Shown: positions 1 through 25,684 of the stretch, in pieces
How positions within the stretch are numbered: position 1 is the stretch's first letter
How the letters are laid out: each line of letters opens with the position of its first letter
Assembly: GCA_030248215.1 (NCBI GenBank)
Contig: JASANG010003525.1
Coordinates: forward strand, 248,001-312,000
DNA length: 64,000 nt
Direction: 5' to 3'
Origin: Enoplolaimus lenunculus
Lineage: Eukaryota
Position numbers and translations under genes: made by a program
The notes under the pieces: model-generated
Told to the model about the DNA's origin: nothing
Database searches by the model: none
What the model saw: only the letters and a program-made list of their open reading frames with translations

Positions 1-414
1 TAACGCAGGAATTCGAAAATTATTTGCTGCCGCCAACATACCGCTCTGTGGTTAAATTCACGGATTTAGTTAGTGGAGGTAATCTTTATAACCTTATGTC
101 AACACAGTGACAACGTCGTGTGATTTTGCGCCAGTACCATTTTAAAATTGAAGTCCTAGAGCCGTATACTCAATTATGTATGTATCCCCTTTTAACCAAT
201 TACTAGTTAGTAGTTGCAATAATAGGCCTTCAAACAGCCGAACTATTTCATTTTGTGACCTCTCAATATACGTAGATGTATCTCATTTAATTCGAATGTG
301 GCTCTTATATAAGTTACAAAATATAACACAGTGCTAATTAGTTGCTAGGCACATTTGAGAATACGATCAAAAGTAAGTACGAATGTATAGATTTTCATAC
401 TACTGCTTTTGTAG

Positions 415-7040
<6,626 letters not shown>

Positions 7041-9152
7041 GTAATAGTCTTTGAGAATTCTTGTCGTCTGTATTCCCATTCCCAATCAGCACGTGATCCC
7101 ATATCTAGTGAAAATGAACTGCGTTGCCTTGAAGGATCTGGCGATTTTTTAAGGACGTCTCGTCTGATGTGTAAACTGTTTATCAATAACGTTTGGTCGC
7201 GTAGCTGCTAGAGAATCAATGTCTAATATCCGATTTTGTAAACAGAAGTGCGTTTGTACGTTGTTATTGGCCGGTAGTGATTAGCCCTTATTACAACAAT
7301 TAGGCTTAGGCTCAGGCTTAGGTTCTGCAGCAGAAAGTTGCTGTTCATACTAGTAGTTATTCTGATGACTGTAGCGTTATTATTTATTGATTTAGCTGGC
7401 CAGAAAGTATACGTCGAACGTGGAAACTTGATATTTTATGAAAACATTTTGATGTACAGTAACGGACAAAATTAAGTACAACCTCGATCGCGACCCGACT
7501 GTGGTTTAACTCACAATCGCTCACATATGCTATCACGATTGCTCGCAACCGCAGTGTACGCAGTGACGGTGTCTGCGCTCTTAAGTCTGTCCGTGACTGT
7601 ATGTGAATTATTGGAACAAATTTTTTTAGTATTACGTGACAAGGGGCGATAATATTACGAAATTACAGATAGTTACTCGGTAGCAGGGTTCAAACAGCAA
7701 CTAAATTTTGCCGTAAACAGAATGAGGAACGTCCTTTGAAGCCAGACCGGAACACGATGAGTAATAGATTTTTCCAGGAATTCCAGCGGACAGAAATTGC
7801 AAAACAACCTGCCTCGGTAGAGTTGACAATACTGATATTATGTTTAATTCAATGAGCTGTGATTGGATGAAAATGTTAGATTTTTTGTGTCATGTTACTG
7901 GTGGATAGTAGTGACCTTACGCTGATGTTTGCTAATTACTGCAGACAATACATATTTTTTTTGTCACTCGTTATTCGGTATGTCGCTAAAAGTTATGATT
8001 TGAATGACCCATTTGTCGAAGTGGTTTCTGATTGCTGCTATATAAATTGGTGTTCAGTAAAGCTCTTAAATACAACGATGCACTCACTATGTCTGTACAA
8101 ACAGAGTCGGTGCGTTGATATTAGTTGCCGTTTCGAATTTGTGTTTTTGTGTGTTGTTTGGTATAATGTGATGGTTTTGTTTTTATGTATACAATGTATA
8201 TTGTTTTTAGTCAAAATTTTGCAACGAGATCTGAACTACGGTTGAGTAAACCTAGTTATAAAATCTACATAATGGATATATTGATATATATTGCTCAAAA
8301 AAGGTAACCAAACCGTGAAAATGGTTTGATCATAATTATTTAAGCGGTATAATGTAAGACGTTGCTGACAGTTAAACAGCGGCTGTGCTGTTGTGTTATC
8401 ATCAGCTGCGTGTGCAGAAAAAATGGCAGGGGTGGGTCCGGGGAGATCGTAACAGCGGGTTTAACGCAAAAAAATACATTTCCATTTATAAGCGCTATGT
8501 AGGTAAGTTACATAGATGGTGAGTCAAATGTCATAATCAAACATATTATAATAATTGCTATTTCTGCATTTAGTATAGTGCACTAAGCTTCAGGTTAATT
8601 TCGATCTTATGACCAGTGGTGGGTCCGGGCCGCTTGGACCCATCCCCTGCACACGCCACTGATCATTGTGTAATAATAATTCGTTTATTGACTGATGAAT
8701 CTGTAGTTTTTCAAATGGGGCTGACTTTTGAAAAATTGTAGGGAAAATATGGCAACTAACCGTATATGTGTGTGAGTTTGAATTTTGATTCAGAGATGAT
8801 GGTTGGTGTGTGCCCTTGTTTTAGTTTACAACGACATTGTTATTTATTTACATATATTTTTTTATTTCTTTTATATGTAATGTGTATATATATTATAAAT
8901 TATTTAGCTGTACCCTAATGCTACGTCATTACTAGTTGTACCATTACAGTTAATGATACCAGGTATACTGTATGGTATTTATAGAGTATTTCTAGCAATT
9001 AATGAAATGCATTTTTGATTGCCATCCAAGTGGTGTTGTGGTGTATTCGAGAGTTTTGCCAATTTGATATTTTTATCACAGCTGACAAAGTATGCAAATT
9101 GTCTTCGAGTGGTTGGTTTAAGTTGGCAATTTGGTTTGCAATACTTTCTAAT

Positions 9153-9544
9153 CAGGGTGCAACCGGAATTCCTGTTCCGGTTCCGGCGTTTTTTCACCTT
9201 CCGGTTACTGTTCCGTTTCCGGTAAATTTTTACCGGATTTAAAAATTCCGGTGTTATAATTTGGCCGTTTTCTTAACTCTCCTAATTATTACGAATCTCT
9301 TTTGAAAGCCACTTGTACTCCGAATATAAGCCATTGATGGTGGATTTCACTTCAGTCGATGATAAAAATCTAAGATACAACAAATAAAATAAACACCTAT
9401 GTTCGACTAGGGTTATTTCACAAATAATAGAGCAAAAAAATAAGATTAAAATGAAATTTTTGGTGAAATGTATTTTTCACTTTCCGGTTGCGGTAAAATT
9501 TTCAAATTCCGGTTCCGGTAAATTGTAACTCCGGTTGCACCCTG
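9153..9544. mobile_element. hAT-like MITE (CAGGGTGCAACCGG TIR, 8-bp TSD)
   Basis: TSD TTTCTAAT on both sides; subterminal TTCCGG repeats; highly similar to 46800-47173 and 53799-54195. Confidence 0.9.
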
Positions 9545-12518
9545 TTTCTAATGGCGTATCAAAGTAAAGAGGTCCGTTATAGAATCTACAGATCATATCG
9601 ACTAAATAACATTGATAACATAAAGAAACTGAATAGGTTTATAACAGAGTGAGTAAGATTTTAACCTAGGCTCTAACTTAGTTATCCTAGTTTTCAGAGA
9701 CTGTGTAACGGACCAATGGCGTCCAAACACGTCGAGGTCTCTATCAACGGATATCTATCTATCTAGTACCTTGTCAACGATTCGTATTGTGACGGATAAG
9801 AATGATGGTGTGTGTGATATGTAGTGAATTTGACGTTTGTAGTTGATGTAAATTACCCAATTTAACGCTTATCACCTACTGGTGTTGGACTCTCTATACC
9901 CAGTTGAAAATTCTGTTCCTTGTACGAGTGCATACTTTAAGCAACAAGGAACAACACAGTTGTTGTACTATTGTTATTGTGGTTTGAGGAAGCTATTAAA
10001 GGAATATACACAAATTGATTTTATGTATATCGTAGTGCAGTAACAGTATCAACCGTGTTTATGATCATGTTCTATTTTAGTCGTTAAATTGTGCTTTAAT
10101 AGTTTCTGTCTAGTCAATCGTGAATCAGGAAGATTAGTGGGGAACGTAACGTCCAAGGCGTTTGACTCACCAATTATGACGGACTTTGTTTGGATCAGAT
10201 TGCCTACGGGACGTGATGTATTTTAAGACTCGAGCGTCAACCTGTTGCGGTGATAATGGTATTAATGCGCTCAAATAACCTATTACTATATTACAAGTTC
10301 GTTTTGTGAAACGGTTCGTACGAAATTGACTTCAAAATATTGTTTTAGCCGAAAATGGGGCAAAAGGATTGATTTTCGTTAAGACGAGGTCATGTGTTTG
10401 GTGCAAATAATAATGGTAGTAAAGTTGAATGTGATGTAGCGTGCGACATCTGTAATGGGTATTAGCATTTTTAGCTTTCAGGCGCAGTTGATTCTATTGT
10501 GCAATCGAGGAGTTTGTTTCGCAGCGTTTTGTAATTGATATTTAAAGATCTGAAATGTGTCTGTATATCATTTTATAAGATCTGAAGTTTTTGGTATAAG
10601 TTTGCATAATACATTGTGTATTTTAATAAATCTATTTTAAATGAGAATGCAGCGAATATGTGCTGGTTGATACTGTGGGTTTTAGCTATACAACGGACGT
10701 AGGGTATTTTTCGTAGTGATGTTGAAATTTGCATATAATGTGCTTGTTCTCAGTATTCGGTATGACGTGTGAAGAACAACTATGGTGACATTGGCGGTTT
10801 AGTTGGGACTGTGTACGATACTTTAAATTTATTTTGTTAATAAAGCTCCGGCTATTTGAGTTGAAAACGAATAGTACGAAAATACTGTAAAGTTTTGCGA
10901 ATTTGTATATTTTTCTTATAGAATGGGAATTTTCTATACAAGTCTTTAGTTGTTTTTGGCCAATTTCTATTGTTTTTCGGTATTTTTGTTACCCGTTCAT
11001 ACGTACTGTAGTGATCCGACTAAGATGGGTCCCTGTTTTGAGTCCAAGCAATAGGAGAGTCCGTATCCCTAATAAGAGTCTGTAAGCGGATAGAGTCCGT
11101 AAACCCTAATTAGTGTCCTTACATGTGAATTCTCTAATTTTAGTGCATAAATGACTCCATGCCCAAATAAAGTTGAGTTGGAAACATTAAAGCAAGCAGA
11201 AGTTTTGAAAGTAGTTTAAGTATATATAACCTTGAATTATCGCTCATCGGATAATATCAGTAACGAATGGCGGGTTAGAAATAAATAACAGTCAGAAACC
11301 AATAACAGTGGTGGTACCCTTTTGGCGAGACCACATAAATATCAGCCCCCCTCTTATTCGGTTCACTACAGTTGATACAAGGACCTAACTTGTTCGCCAA
11401 ATTTTTTATGGAACACTGAGTTTTAATTATGCCTAAGCGTTGTTTCGTTTCAAATTAAATGGTGATGGGATTTTTGGGTGTTTACTTTTTGCATTCCGTA
11501 TTAATTGTATTCGCAGGTAATTTTATCTCGTATATGCCACATTATAAAGCATGCGTTTATGTTCATGTAATTTTAATCTCTTGTGTATTTTGATTTTGTG
11601 CAAAGCGAGAAAGTAAACATTTGTTTTGTTGATTTACTGCAAGAGAGATATTATAATAAATCATATGTATTCAATAATGTTACTCAGCTGTTCATAAATT
11701 GCCGTGACGAAACATTAAATTGCAGGGTGTAAACGGGTAATAAAAATAACGGAAAACGGATATTGAAGTTATAAAAGTTTCAAAGATATTTTGTTTATCT
11801 GCAAATACAATTAATGCGTGCAAATATTCGCGGGGCTTTCTAAAATTTCAAAAAATGGTGGATGCGTTGAAATTTTTAAGATTTTGGGTGAATACCGTAT
11901 ATTTTTGATTATATTTCGAACAAGTGCAGTACGAATAAATGAAAAACTGTAAGGTGTACGCGTGGTTATGAATGTGGTGCTGCATACCGCAAGTATATAC
12001 TGAATACTCTGTGGGTTTCTTCAAGGCAAGTTTTTAGCATTTATACGTAATACTTCAGTTATAGTTAAATGCATTGTCCAATGTTACTAAGAGTTGCAGC
12101 CATTATTAATAGATCTTTAAATTTCAGTAAACGGGCTAGATTGTATTGTGCGGTCTTAAAGGAATCGAAATATGGTATGGGGCGGCGCAGTACTCCATGA
12201 TAGTGTCATAGCAAACGAAGTTCAGAAGAAACCAGAGATAATGTCGCTCACACGTTACCATACGTTCACTCAGCACATCCATCGTCCCCCTATACTGTTT
12301 TAAAAAGGCTAGCTATACTGTTATTGCGTAACTGTGTGCGGAAATTTTATCTCTAAATAAAAAATGTCCGCATAGAGTTTATTGCGTTGACGGACATTTT
12401 GTATACTGTTTGCGCATTATGTTAATATTAAATATAGAGTTGCGTAAATTGTCGGACTTCGTTACAGTCTAAAAGGTGTCGCCGGAAAGTGCTAAATAAG
12501 GTAATTGATTTACTGCGT

Positions 12519-13047
12519 AATTTTGAATTTCCCGCCAAAATTTGAATTTTCCCGCCAAAATTTGAATTTTGTCGCCAAAATTTGAATTTTGCCGCCAAAA
12601 TTTGAATTTTGTGCTAAAATTTGAATTTTCCCGCCAAAATTTGAATTTAATACCAAAAATTGATTTTTCCCGCCAAAATTTGAATTTGCCGCCAAAATTT
12701 GAATTTTCCGGCCAAAATTTGAATTTGCCACCGAAATTTGAATTTCCCCGCCTAAATTTGAATTTGCCGCCAAAATTTGAATTTTGCCGCGAAAGTTTGA
12801 ATTTCGCGCCAAAATTTGAATTTTCCCGCCAAAATTTGAATTTCCCGCCAAAATTTGAATTTTCCTACCAAAACTTGAATTTCCCGCCAAAATTTGAAGT
12901 TTCCCGCCTAAATTTGAATTTTCCCGCCAAAATTCGAATTTCCCGCCAAAATTTGAATTTGCCTGTCAAAATTTGAATTTCCCGCCAAAATTCGAATTTC
13001 CCGCCAAAATTTGAATTTTCCCGTCAAAATTTGAATTTCCCCGCTAA
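12519..13047. repeat. 20-21-bp minisatellite (AATTTGAATTT[T]CCCGCCAA)n, roughly 25 copies
   Basis: Directly visible tandem array; it produces the spurious repetitive ORFs at 12510-12890 and 12569-12976. Confidence 0.97.
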
Positions 13048-13942
13048 GGTGTCCCTAATGTGTCTATCATATAAAAATATTGTCCACTACACTGTTTTTC
13101 TAACATTTCAATGTCCTAGACAGTGTCACTGCAAAACAGTTTTGTCCGGATAGAGTTTCCGTGAAACTCCATGATTTCCGCGAATGGCGGTGATACTATT
13201 GGAAAATGAAGGGTTTCGATAAAACATAAGCCGGACAAGCTATTGAATTTCTTTTGGGAGGGGACATTTCGTGTGCCGAGTGCTAGTATGGTAATGTGTG
13301 AGTGACATAATATTGAACTATAATTGCAGAAAATAGGATTTAGATGTGTTTGACCAGTTGGTCCGAACTTCGGCGAAGAGCCGCCAATTATCACCCATGA
13401 AGAAATCACCCCCTAGGCATACCAAGCTGAAAGTACAAATACACGTTATGGCAGACATTTAACCAGTGCCGGAGCAGGCAGGGGTGGCTGCTCGGCTCAA
13501 ATTCTAGGCTGGGGCCCCCCCACTCGCGAGCGAACCGAGCAAGAAGCAAGACGCGTTTTAAAACTTAGGCGGTTTTCGTTTCAACCGGTTAGGGTGGGGC
13601 CCCTTTAAGAGTGGGCCCCCACCCAAATGGGGGTATGGGGGTGACTGCTCCGGCCCTGTAATTAACCGGCGAAGTTTGGTTGAACCAAGCGCAAATGATT
13701 GCACTAATCATATTTTGTAAAAGTTTGGACCAACTTGATTACCGCTTGAGCTTGTCCAGCAGCATAACACTGACTTTCTGAATTAACTAAACTAACAGGT
13801 AGGCTTACGCTTAAACTCACTTAAAATTTTATTTATTTTTAGTTTCAGCTAAACTTAACGAATTCATTCTTAGATACTCATGATTTCTGGACTGCGCTTG
13901 CTATTAAACTAAAAATAATTTTAACTTAAACGTGTGTTAAAC

Positions 13943-14126
13943 GGCCAATGTAAAGACCAGGGGCGGAACAGTATTATAAGCATATTGCTAAGCCTAAACC
14001 TAAACGTAAGAATGAACATATTCCTAAGTCTAAAGCCTAAGCGAAGCAAAAAATTAGTCTAAAGCTTAAGCTTACTGTTTTCTAGTCCCGCAGAAAAGCG
14101 TTCCGCCCCTGATCTTTAAATGGGCC
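13943..14126. mobile_element. Telomere-repeat-bearing MITE (GGCC-ended TIR, 8-bp TSD)
   Basis: TIR GGCCAATGTAAAGACCAGGGGCGGAAC / GTTCCGCCCCTGATCTTTAAATGGGCC; TSD TGTTAAAC on both sides; internal GCCTAA variants. Nested in an older AT-rich element (~13725-14263) related to 29855-30203. Confidence 0.9.
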
Positions 14127-14719
14127 TGTTAAACTTAAATATATGTTAGTGTAAGTTAATCTTACAATTCAAGTTTAGTAGTACGTAGCGTCCAGCCATA
14201 AGTTTCACTTAAACTAATAATCTAGTTTAGTCAAGCTATAATTTAAGTTTAACTTTTTAAGAGTATATAGAAGCAATATCGGACGCAGCGAAATTTATAA
14301 GCAAACGCTGCTAGAGTATACATCTTTCAAGTGGGATTTTTAAATCGATTTGCGATTAGCCAACTGTACCTGATAGTCGGTATTTTAAAAGTTACTTTCC
14401 ACTCCCGCGGTTTATAACAAATTGACGATAAAGTTTTTTCGACAAAATACAATACAATTCTATAAGCCAAACATTTTTCCAATCAAGTAAAACTGGAATT
14501 TTCATTCTGTCGAATCAAAATTAATTTCTAAGTTTTTAGTGTAAAATTTCAGTCTTTCAGTGTAAAATTTAAATTTTAAAGCAATAAATATACCTAGAAT
14601 TTTTTGTTTGTTCTTTGATTTTTTATAAAGAGTTAGTTTTGCCAGTGCTGACAGACGGGAGGTCATTAAAAATTATATAAAGCTGTTGTAAAATTACGTT
14701 ATGAATGGTTAAGTTTGAC

Positions 14720-14887
14720 GACCCGTGTAAAGATCAGGGGCGGAACGTTTCTGTGCAACTAGAATACAGTAAGCTTCAGGTTTAAACTAATTTTTGCCTG
14801 GCTTAGGCTTAGGAATATGCTGATTCTTACGCGTAGGCTTAGGAATATACTTATAATACTGTTCCGCCCCTGTTCTTTACATTGGCG
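14720..14887. mobile_element. Telomere-repeat-bearing MITE, inverted copy 130 bp upstream of the PRMT6 ATG
   Basis: Same TIRs; TSD AGTTTGAC on both sides; internal TTAGGC repeats. Confidence 0.88.
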
Positions 14888-15017
14888 AGTTTGACCATGA
14901 CGTGCAAATGTGAACTTTTATCGTTTTAATAGTATTCCATGCAGCGTTTCAGTCTTTACTTAAACATACCAGTTGTAATTTGATATCAAAACTGTGTGTA
15001 AGCGTTAGCACATATAC

Positions 15018-20118
<5,101 letters not shown>

Positions 20119-20784
20119 CTGATAATTGGCTGTGCAACTAGCGGTTTGCGAGTGGATACTCAGCGCAAGGTTGGAACCGGCGCGATTTTTCGTGGGACCG
20201 AGCCCACAGCCTAAGCCAAGCAAAAAAATTAGTCTAAACTTTAAGCTTACTCTATTGCAGTCCCACAGAAAAACATTCCGATCCCTGATCTTTACATGGG
20301 GCGGCAGGAATATAAAGCGTGTTTTAATAAACTTTTAGAACCTCGACATTTTGTTCATTTCTGTTCTTTTTTACTATCTGTTTACACCCAGATTCCTGTC
20401 TTTGGTCGATGAACGAGGCATCGGTTGATACAGGACTGCAAAGACAAACATTTATCTTACAGGCATTTCCGCATTTTTAATTTCTTGCGTGAATCAAAAT
20501 ATGTGTGCAGCTAAAAATAAAGAATATACAATGGGTTGAACTGTGAGTTTTTATCAATTGTCACAGTTTGCGTGAAAATATAAGTGTTAAGCCTAATGCG
20601 GAGTTCACGTTATAACTGGGGCAGCTTGGAACACGTTTTGTCCAAGTTGATTCGACGTCAACATAAAATTATGCGATCCGAATAGCGGTTATGTAGACAA
20701 AATATGAATGTTACGTGACATTGACTTACAAATAACTGATGTCAAGCGATCATCGCATACAAATAGCCATTTGTCATATTATAC

Positions 20785-21148
20785 TGTGAGACCTTTATGC
20801 GAATATCATATGATATTCCAAAATTCTACTAAATATCATATGATATTATGCAAGACAATGGAATTTGTGCGCGCTAATAAATCAGTAAAATGTCAGATAA
20901 TGCAGCATTAAATGATTTCGAAAGTCGAATTAGATTCTACATTTTTGTTTCTCGCTGAATTTTTCCCAAAATATATTACTAAGTAGAAAAAAAATTCAAA
21001 TTTCAAATTTTGGTATCATATGACATTCTACAGGACAATCCAGCTAGTTTACCACAACTTTGCAGACATTTTCAAACATATCATATGATACTCGCAGACA
21101 TTATTTGGAATATCATATGATATTCTCGTACAAACAGCACATGTCACA
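20785..21148. mobile_element. MITE-like element with five ATATCATATGATAT-type palindromes
   Basis: Inverted ends TGTGA..GAATATCATATGATATTCC / GGAATATCATATGATATTC..TCACA. Confidence 0.6.
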
Positions 21149-23940
21149 TCAGGATAGCAGATAATTCCAATTTTTTAATCTGATAGCGGGTAAACAGTCA
21201 GACAAAATGTTACCAGCTATAGTCATAGGGACAAAACGTGTCCAGCGCCACAGAACGGAACCCGAAAGCAAAGCAAAAAAGCAAAACCACCGAAAACAAC
21301 AAAAAGCGAAAAAAAAATCCCACAACAACTGCAAATACATTAATGGAAGCTAAATCTGGTGCTTAAATGATACTGAATCATTTTAAGACAAGAGAAATAG
21401 GATACTGTAGTGACCCGAATAAGATGAGAAATAAGGGGGGTTTTATTTTGAGTCTCAATCAGTAGGAGTCCATATCACTATTGATAAGAGTTCGTATAAG
21501 TGTATTGTCACTAAACCCTATTTAGAGTTCATAAATGTCAATTATCCTAAATTGTAGTGTATATGACTCCAGGACCAAATAAAGTTGAGTTCGAAACTTT
21601 GACGCATACTTAAATCCAACCCCTGTTTCTTACATTAGCCCCTTAAAATAAATAACCTTGCATTGTCGCTCAAGCTTCTGAAACAAGACAAATAAACATT
21701 TATTCAACGGATAGTTGCAATACCGGATATAGCGAAGAGCTGTTGAAAGCGAGTTAAAAATAAATAAACAATCCGTAACCGAATAACGTGGGAACCTTCT
21801 GGAGAGCCCAATAGATATCAGTCTCTCCCCTCTCATTCGGGTCACTACGCAGTACATTAATCAAAGCGTGAGTAAAATTAGACCTCGCTTGAACAAATAG
21901 AGACGACTCGACATTTATGCGAAACTCGTTCCAGATGAGAGGCGTGAGAAAACCAAAATTTTACTGTTTTCTGCGACCTGTAAATTTTCGCCGTTACGCA
22001 AGTTATTTGCTAAAATGAATTTTTTTGTTCTTTCTATACAGAAGCCATCATTCAGTTTCGACATTACTGCAGCCGTTGCGAGAAAACGGGACAGTTCTGA
22101 AACTAAACATGGGCGGTGGATTGTTAATAAATTTATAGAACATATTATTTACCATAAAAATGTTTGAATAGGATAATTTTACCCAAACTTTTAGTACACG
22201 ACGTCAAAAAGTCTATTACAGACCATAAACTTATTATGAGGTCATTTGCCAAATAAATTCGTGGTATCCAAGGTTTATAAAAGTAATTTCTCTTATAGCC
22301 CTGCGCTATCGCAGATGTATGAATTTAGGTTTCAAGTGCAAAAGTTTTTGAAAACTAAAACGGCTTTCTTCTGATTTTGCAACGATTAGGTAGTATACTC
22401 TACAAGACAAAGCGAAAAGACGTATGCAGGCGAACGTTGTCCAGTATATATACATACACGGATATATATGACATTTTATTAAAAATTAAATTAGTTATCA
22501 AGTGCCATATGAAGCTAAGACTTTTTGCAACAAAACTGTTTTTGTCGTACAACGGGCCCGTAGCCAAGGGGGGGGGGGCAGGGGAGGCTCAGCCCCCTTG
22601 CAGGAATTTAGGCCCCCCCTAGAGAATTTTCAACCTTGCTCGCAACTCATTGAAAACCGTTGAATGCCCATCCTGAAAATTTTTTAGCCCCCCTTAGCAA
22701 GGTGAGCTGGCTACGGGCCTGTCATTGAAAGGAATGTATCATACAGAAGAACTGCGTTCGTGTTCTAAACGTCTTCTACGCGTTGCCTGTTGTCTGATAC
22801 AACCTTTGAATTTGACTCAAACTATGGAACAGGTTCGGACCCGAAACTTGTAACCCTAAACGACTTTTTTCCAGTTCTGTTCGTTTACTTGTGGAATTTC
22901 GTGTCTTCTGCCCCTGATGCTAGAGATGAGTAAAATATTTTATAAGAAGAGCGTATATGTTTCTGTAAAGAAATTAGGTGTCCCTGGTTAATGTTGTTTT
23001 GTTTGTATTCGTGGCCGAAAGCCGTAATATACCATAGAATTAAATAGGGAACCGATGTATCATATATTTGCAAATCGATAAATACCCTTTTCGATCTGTG
23101 GAGTTGCGTTTGCCAATACGTTAAAGTATGCAACACTTTCGATTAGGGCCATAATTTGTGCGAAAAACTGAATCATTAAAAAGAAAAATATGTGCCTATT
23201 ATTATATTAAAATCAAACAACAAAATAGCAATATATTAACCCTTTAACTCATACAGTATACTTTTAGCAACTAAATACAAGGACTGTAGCGACCCGAATA
23301 AGAGGGGGACTGAAATTTATTTGGCCTCTCCAGAGGGCACCCCCTTGTTATGCGGTTACAGACTGTTATTTGTTTAAACCCACGCTCCGCCGCCCTTTGT
23401 TACTGATATATTTCCGGTACTTCGATTATCCGTTGAATTAAACGTTTATTTGTCTTGTGTCATTAGCTTCGAGGGATAATACAAGGTTATACATAGGAAT
23501 GTACTTTAAAAATTTAAGTACGCTATAAAGTTTGGAACTCAAGTTATTTGGTCCTGAAGTCAATGCGCTACAATTAGGGTTATTTGACATTTATGGACTC
23601 TAGTTAGGGTTTAGGGACTCTATTCGCTTACGGACTCTATTCGCATATATGTGCAGTGCAAAATCTCTACAAGACGAGAGAGCCCCCTCGGGTTCGAGCA
23701 TCAACTCCTATACCAAATTGGTCATCGTAAATGCCTCCCACCCGAGAGACTGGAGATCGAATCTTATCTTGAAAGTGCATCTCACATGAAATTGAAAATA
23801 TTCATGTGAGAAAGGGTTAACGGAAAAATTCTCAGTTAGTGTCTATAATAAATGCGTTGTTCAGTAAAAATTAACTTGTATATTTATTTTTAAAATATTT
23901 TTTCACAACACTTAAGTAATTTAGTTAAAATAGATTGAAT

Positions 23941-24316
23941 GGTGACCGGACAGAAGGCCGCCGGACAAAAGCCGCCCGGACTAAAGACTGACTGGACAAA
24001 AAGAAGTGTGGACAAAAAGGCCGCCTAGATAAAAGGACGCCTATTGACAAAAGGCCGCCTGGACAATAAACCGCCTGGGCAAAAGCCGCCTAGACAACAG
24101 GCCGCCTGGACAAAAGGCCGTTCGGACAAAAGGTCGTCTGGACAATAAACCGCCTGGGCAAAGGCCGCCTAGACAACAGGCCGCCTGGACAAAAGGCCGT
24201 TCGGACAAAAGGTCGTCTGGACAATAAACCGCCTGGGCAAAGGCCGCCTAGACAACAGGCCGCCTGGACAAAAGGCCGTTCGGACAAAAGGTCGTCTGGA
24301 CAAAAGGTCGCTTGGG
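23941..24316. repeat. ~16-bp GGACAAAAGGCCGCCT array with a 79-bp higher-order repeat x3; probable transposon subterminal array
   Basis: 79-bp units start at 24061, 24140 and 24219; inverted monomers CGGCCTTTTGTCC occur at ~25137-25165. Confidence 0.9.
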
Positions 24317-24719
24317 TAAAGAGTTTTATTTTACGTTAATCCGTTTTGTATATGTTAAAATTAGTAATTGTGTAGTGGTAACTAATTAGCCGTTGTATTA
24401 AGCCATGGGCTTTCAAACAAAGGCCCGCTAATAGAGGCAGAGCGATTCAAATGAGTAATACAAACCCTGCATACAGCAGTATAATTGGATAGTAATAATA
24501 ACGCAAACGGATAGTGATCAAAATAACGCAAACGGATATTCGGTTACACCCTGCTGCAAACTCATAGCGAGGATTTGTTTTTGTTTTTTTTTGTTTTTTT
24601 TGTTTTTTTTTGTTGTAACCAAAATCAACCGATGCATAGAACAGAGGCTTCTCATTTTCCAAGGTGGAAAACTTATGACCAGAAGTGCAGCGCATCCACT
24701 CCTGTATGACAGATAGCAA

Positions 24720-25120
24720 TTCCGCACATTTGGTTGAAATATCACAAGCATAAGTTTGTCTGGCAAATTTGGAAAGCGGAAAATTTAAACGGTTAAGTAT
24801 TCACTGGTTCGGCAGGAAAAATTAGGTGTAGGTGAGTTCGGAAAACGAGAAAAGTGGATATTTCAAACCTCTATGTCATACTGGTTTTAGGTTTACACGC
24901 AGATACGGGCTGCAACAGTCGTAAAAACAATAGTGTTAATGTCTAGATAGGAATCTTGGCAATCTAGGCATTAAAATTTTCCACTTCTCTCGTTTTCCAA
25001 ACAAACTTTACACTTCGAATATTCCCTACCGAACCAAGGATTAGACTTTTGAATTTTGTACCTTTCCAGTTCTCCCAGCAAAATTTATGCTTGTGATTTT
25101 TCTTACCAAACCAGTAGAAT
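24720..25120. mobile_element. Degenerate foldback MITE
   Basis: Arms are reverse complements: ATCACAAGCATAA vs TTATGCTTGTGAT, and GGAAAACGAGAAAAGTGGA vs TCCACTTCTCTCGTTTTCC. Confidence 0.7.
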
Positions 25121-25432
25121 TCCCATATCCGTCATACGGCCTTTTGTCCGGACGGCCTTTTGTTCATTAGTGTGTGACCGGATATCCGTTTCCGGTAAAA
25201 ATCGGTGTCTCTTATCGTTTCACTTACGGAAATAACGGAAATTCTGCTATTTTTACGCTCAATATTACTAAAAAAAATAACGTATATCTCGCAATTTTCC
25301 ATTACAAACATGCTGCAATTATATTCGATAACTATAAGAAATCGAAATAACGAAAAATTGATGCAAAATTTTTTGTACATCCGTCAGTTTTTTCTTTAAA
25401 ATTTTTGAAAGACCAAATAAATTGAATATATA

Positions 25433-25684
25433 CACTGTAAATTCCAATGAGTTAATTAATCAACTCAGACGAATAGTTAGTTATTTCTGAGTTAATAAAA
25501 GTTAACTTTAACTCACTCTGAATTGATCTGATTCTCACTCTGAGTAGAGTTGACTCTAAGCGAGCTGATTAATTAAATCCGAATGAGCTGAATCAACTCA
25601 TAATTATGAGTTCTAATAGTCCTAACTCAGACTGAGTGATTCAACTCATTCTGAGTTAAAATCACCTTACTGCAGTTTACAGTG
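25433..25684. mobile_element. CACTG-ended MITE with AACTCA/TGAGTT subterminal repeats; relatives at ~30720-30965 and ~34660-34765
   Basis: TIR CACTGTAAA / TTTACAGTG flanked by TA. Confidence 0.75.

Noticed and set aside
7041..11700. Very long CMIP 3'UTR or a hidden gene
   Set aside because: The G/T skew is compatible with a long UTR and there are several AATAAA sites, but the end cannot be fixed and I found no coding exons.
12510..12976. 126-aa and 135-aa repetitive ORFs
   Set aside because: Translations of the 20-21-bp minisatellite on both strands; no splice context or domain.
20785..24316. CRISPR-like appearance of the palindrome cluster and the 16-bp array
   Set aside because: Eukaryotic context, irregular or absent spacers, no cas genes.
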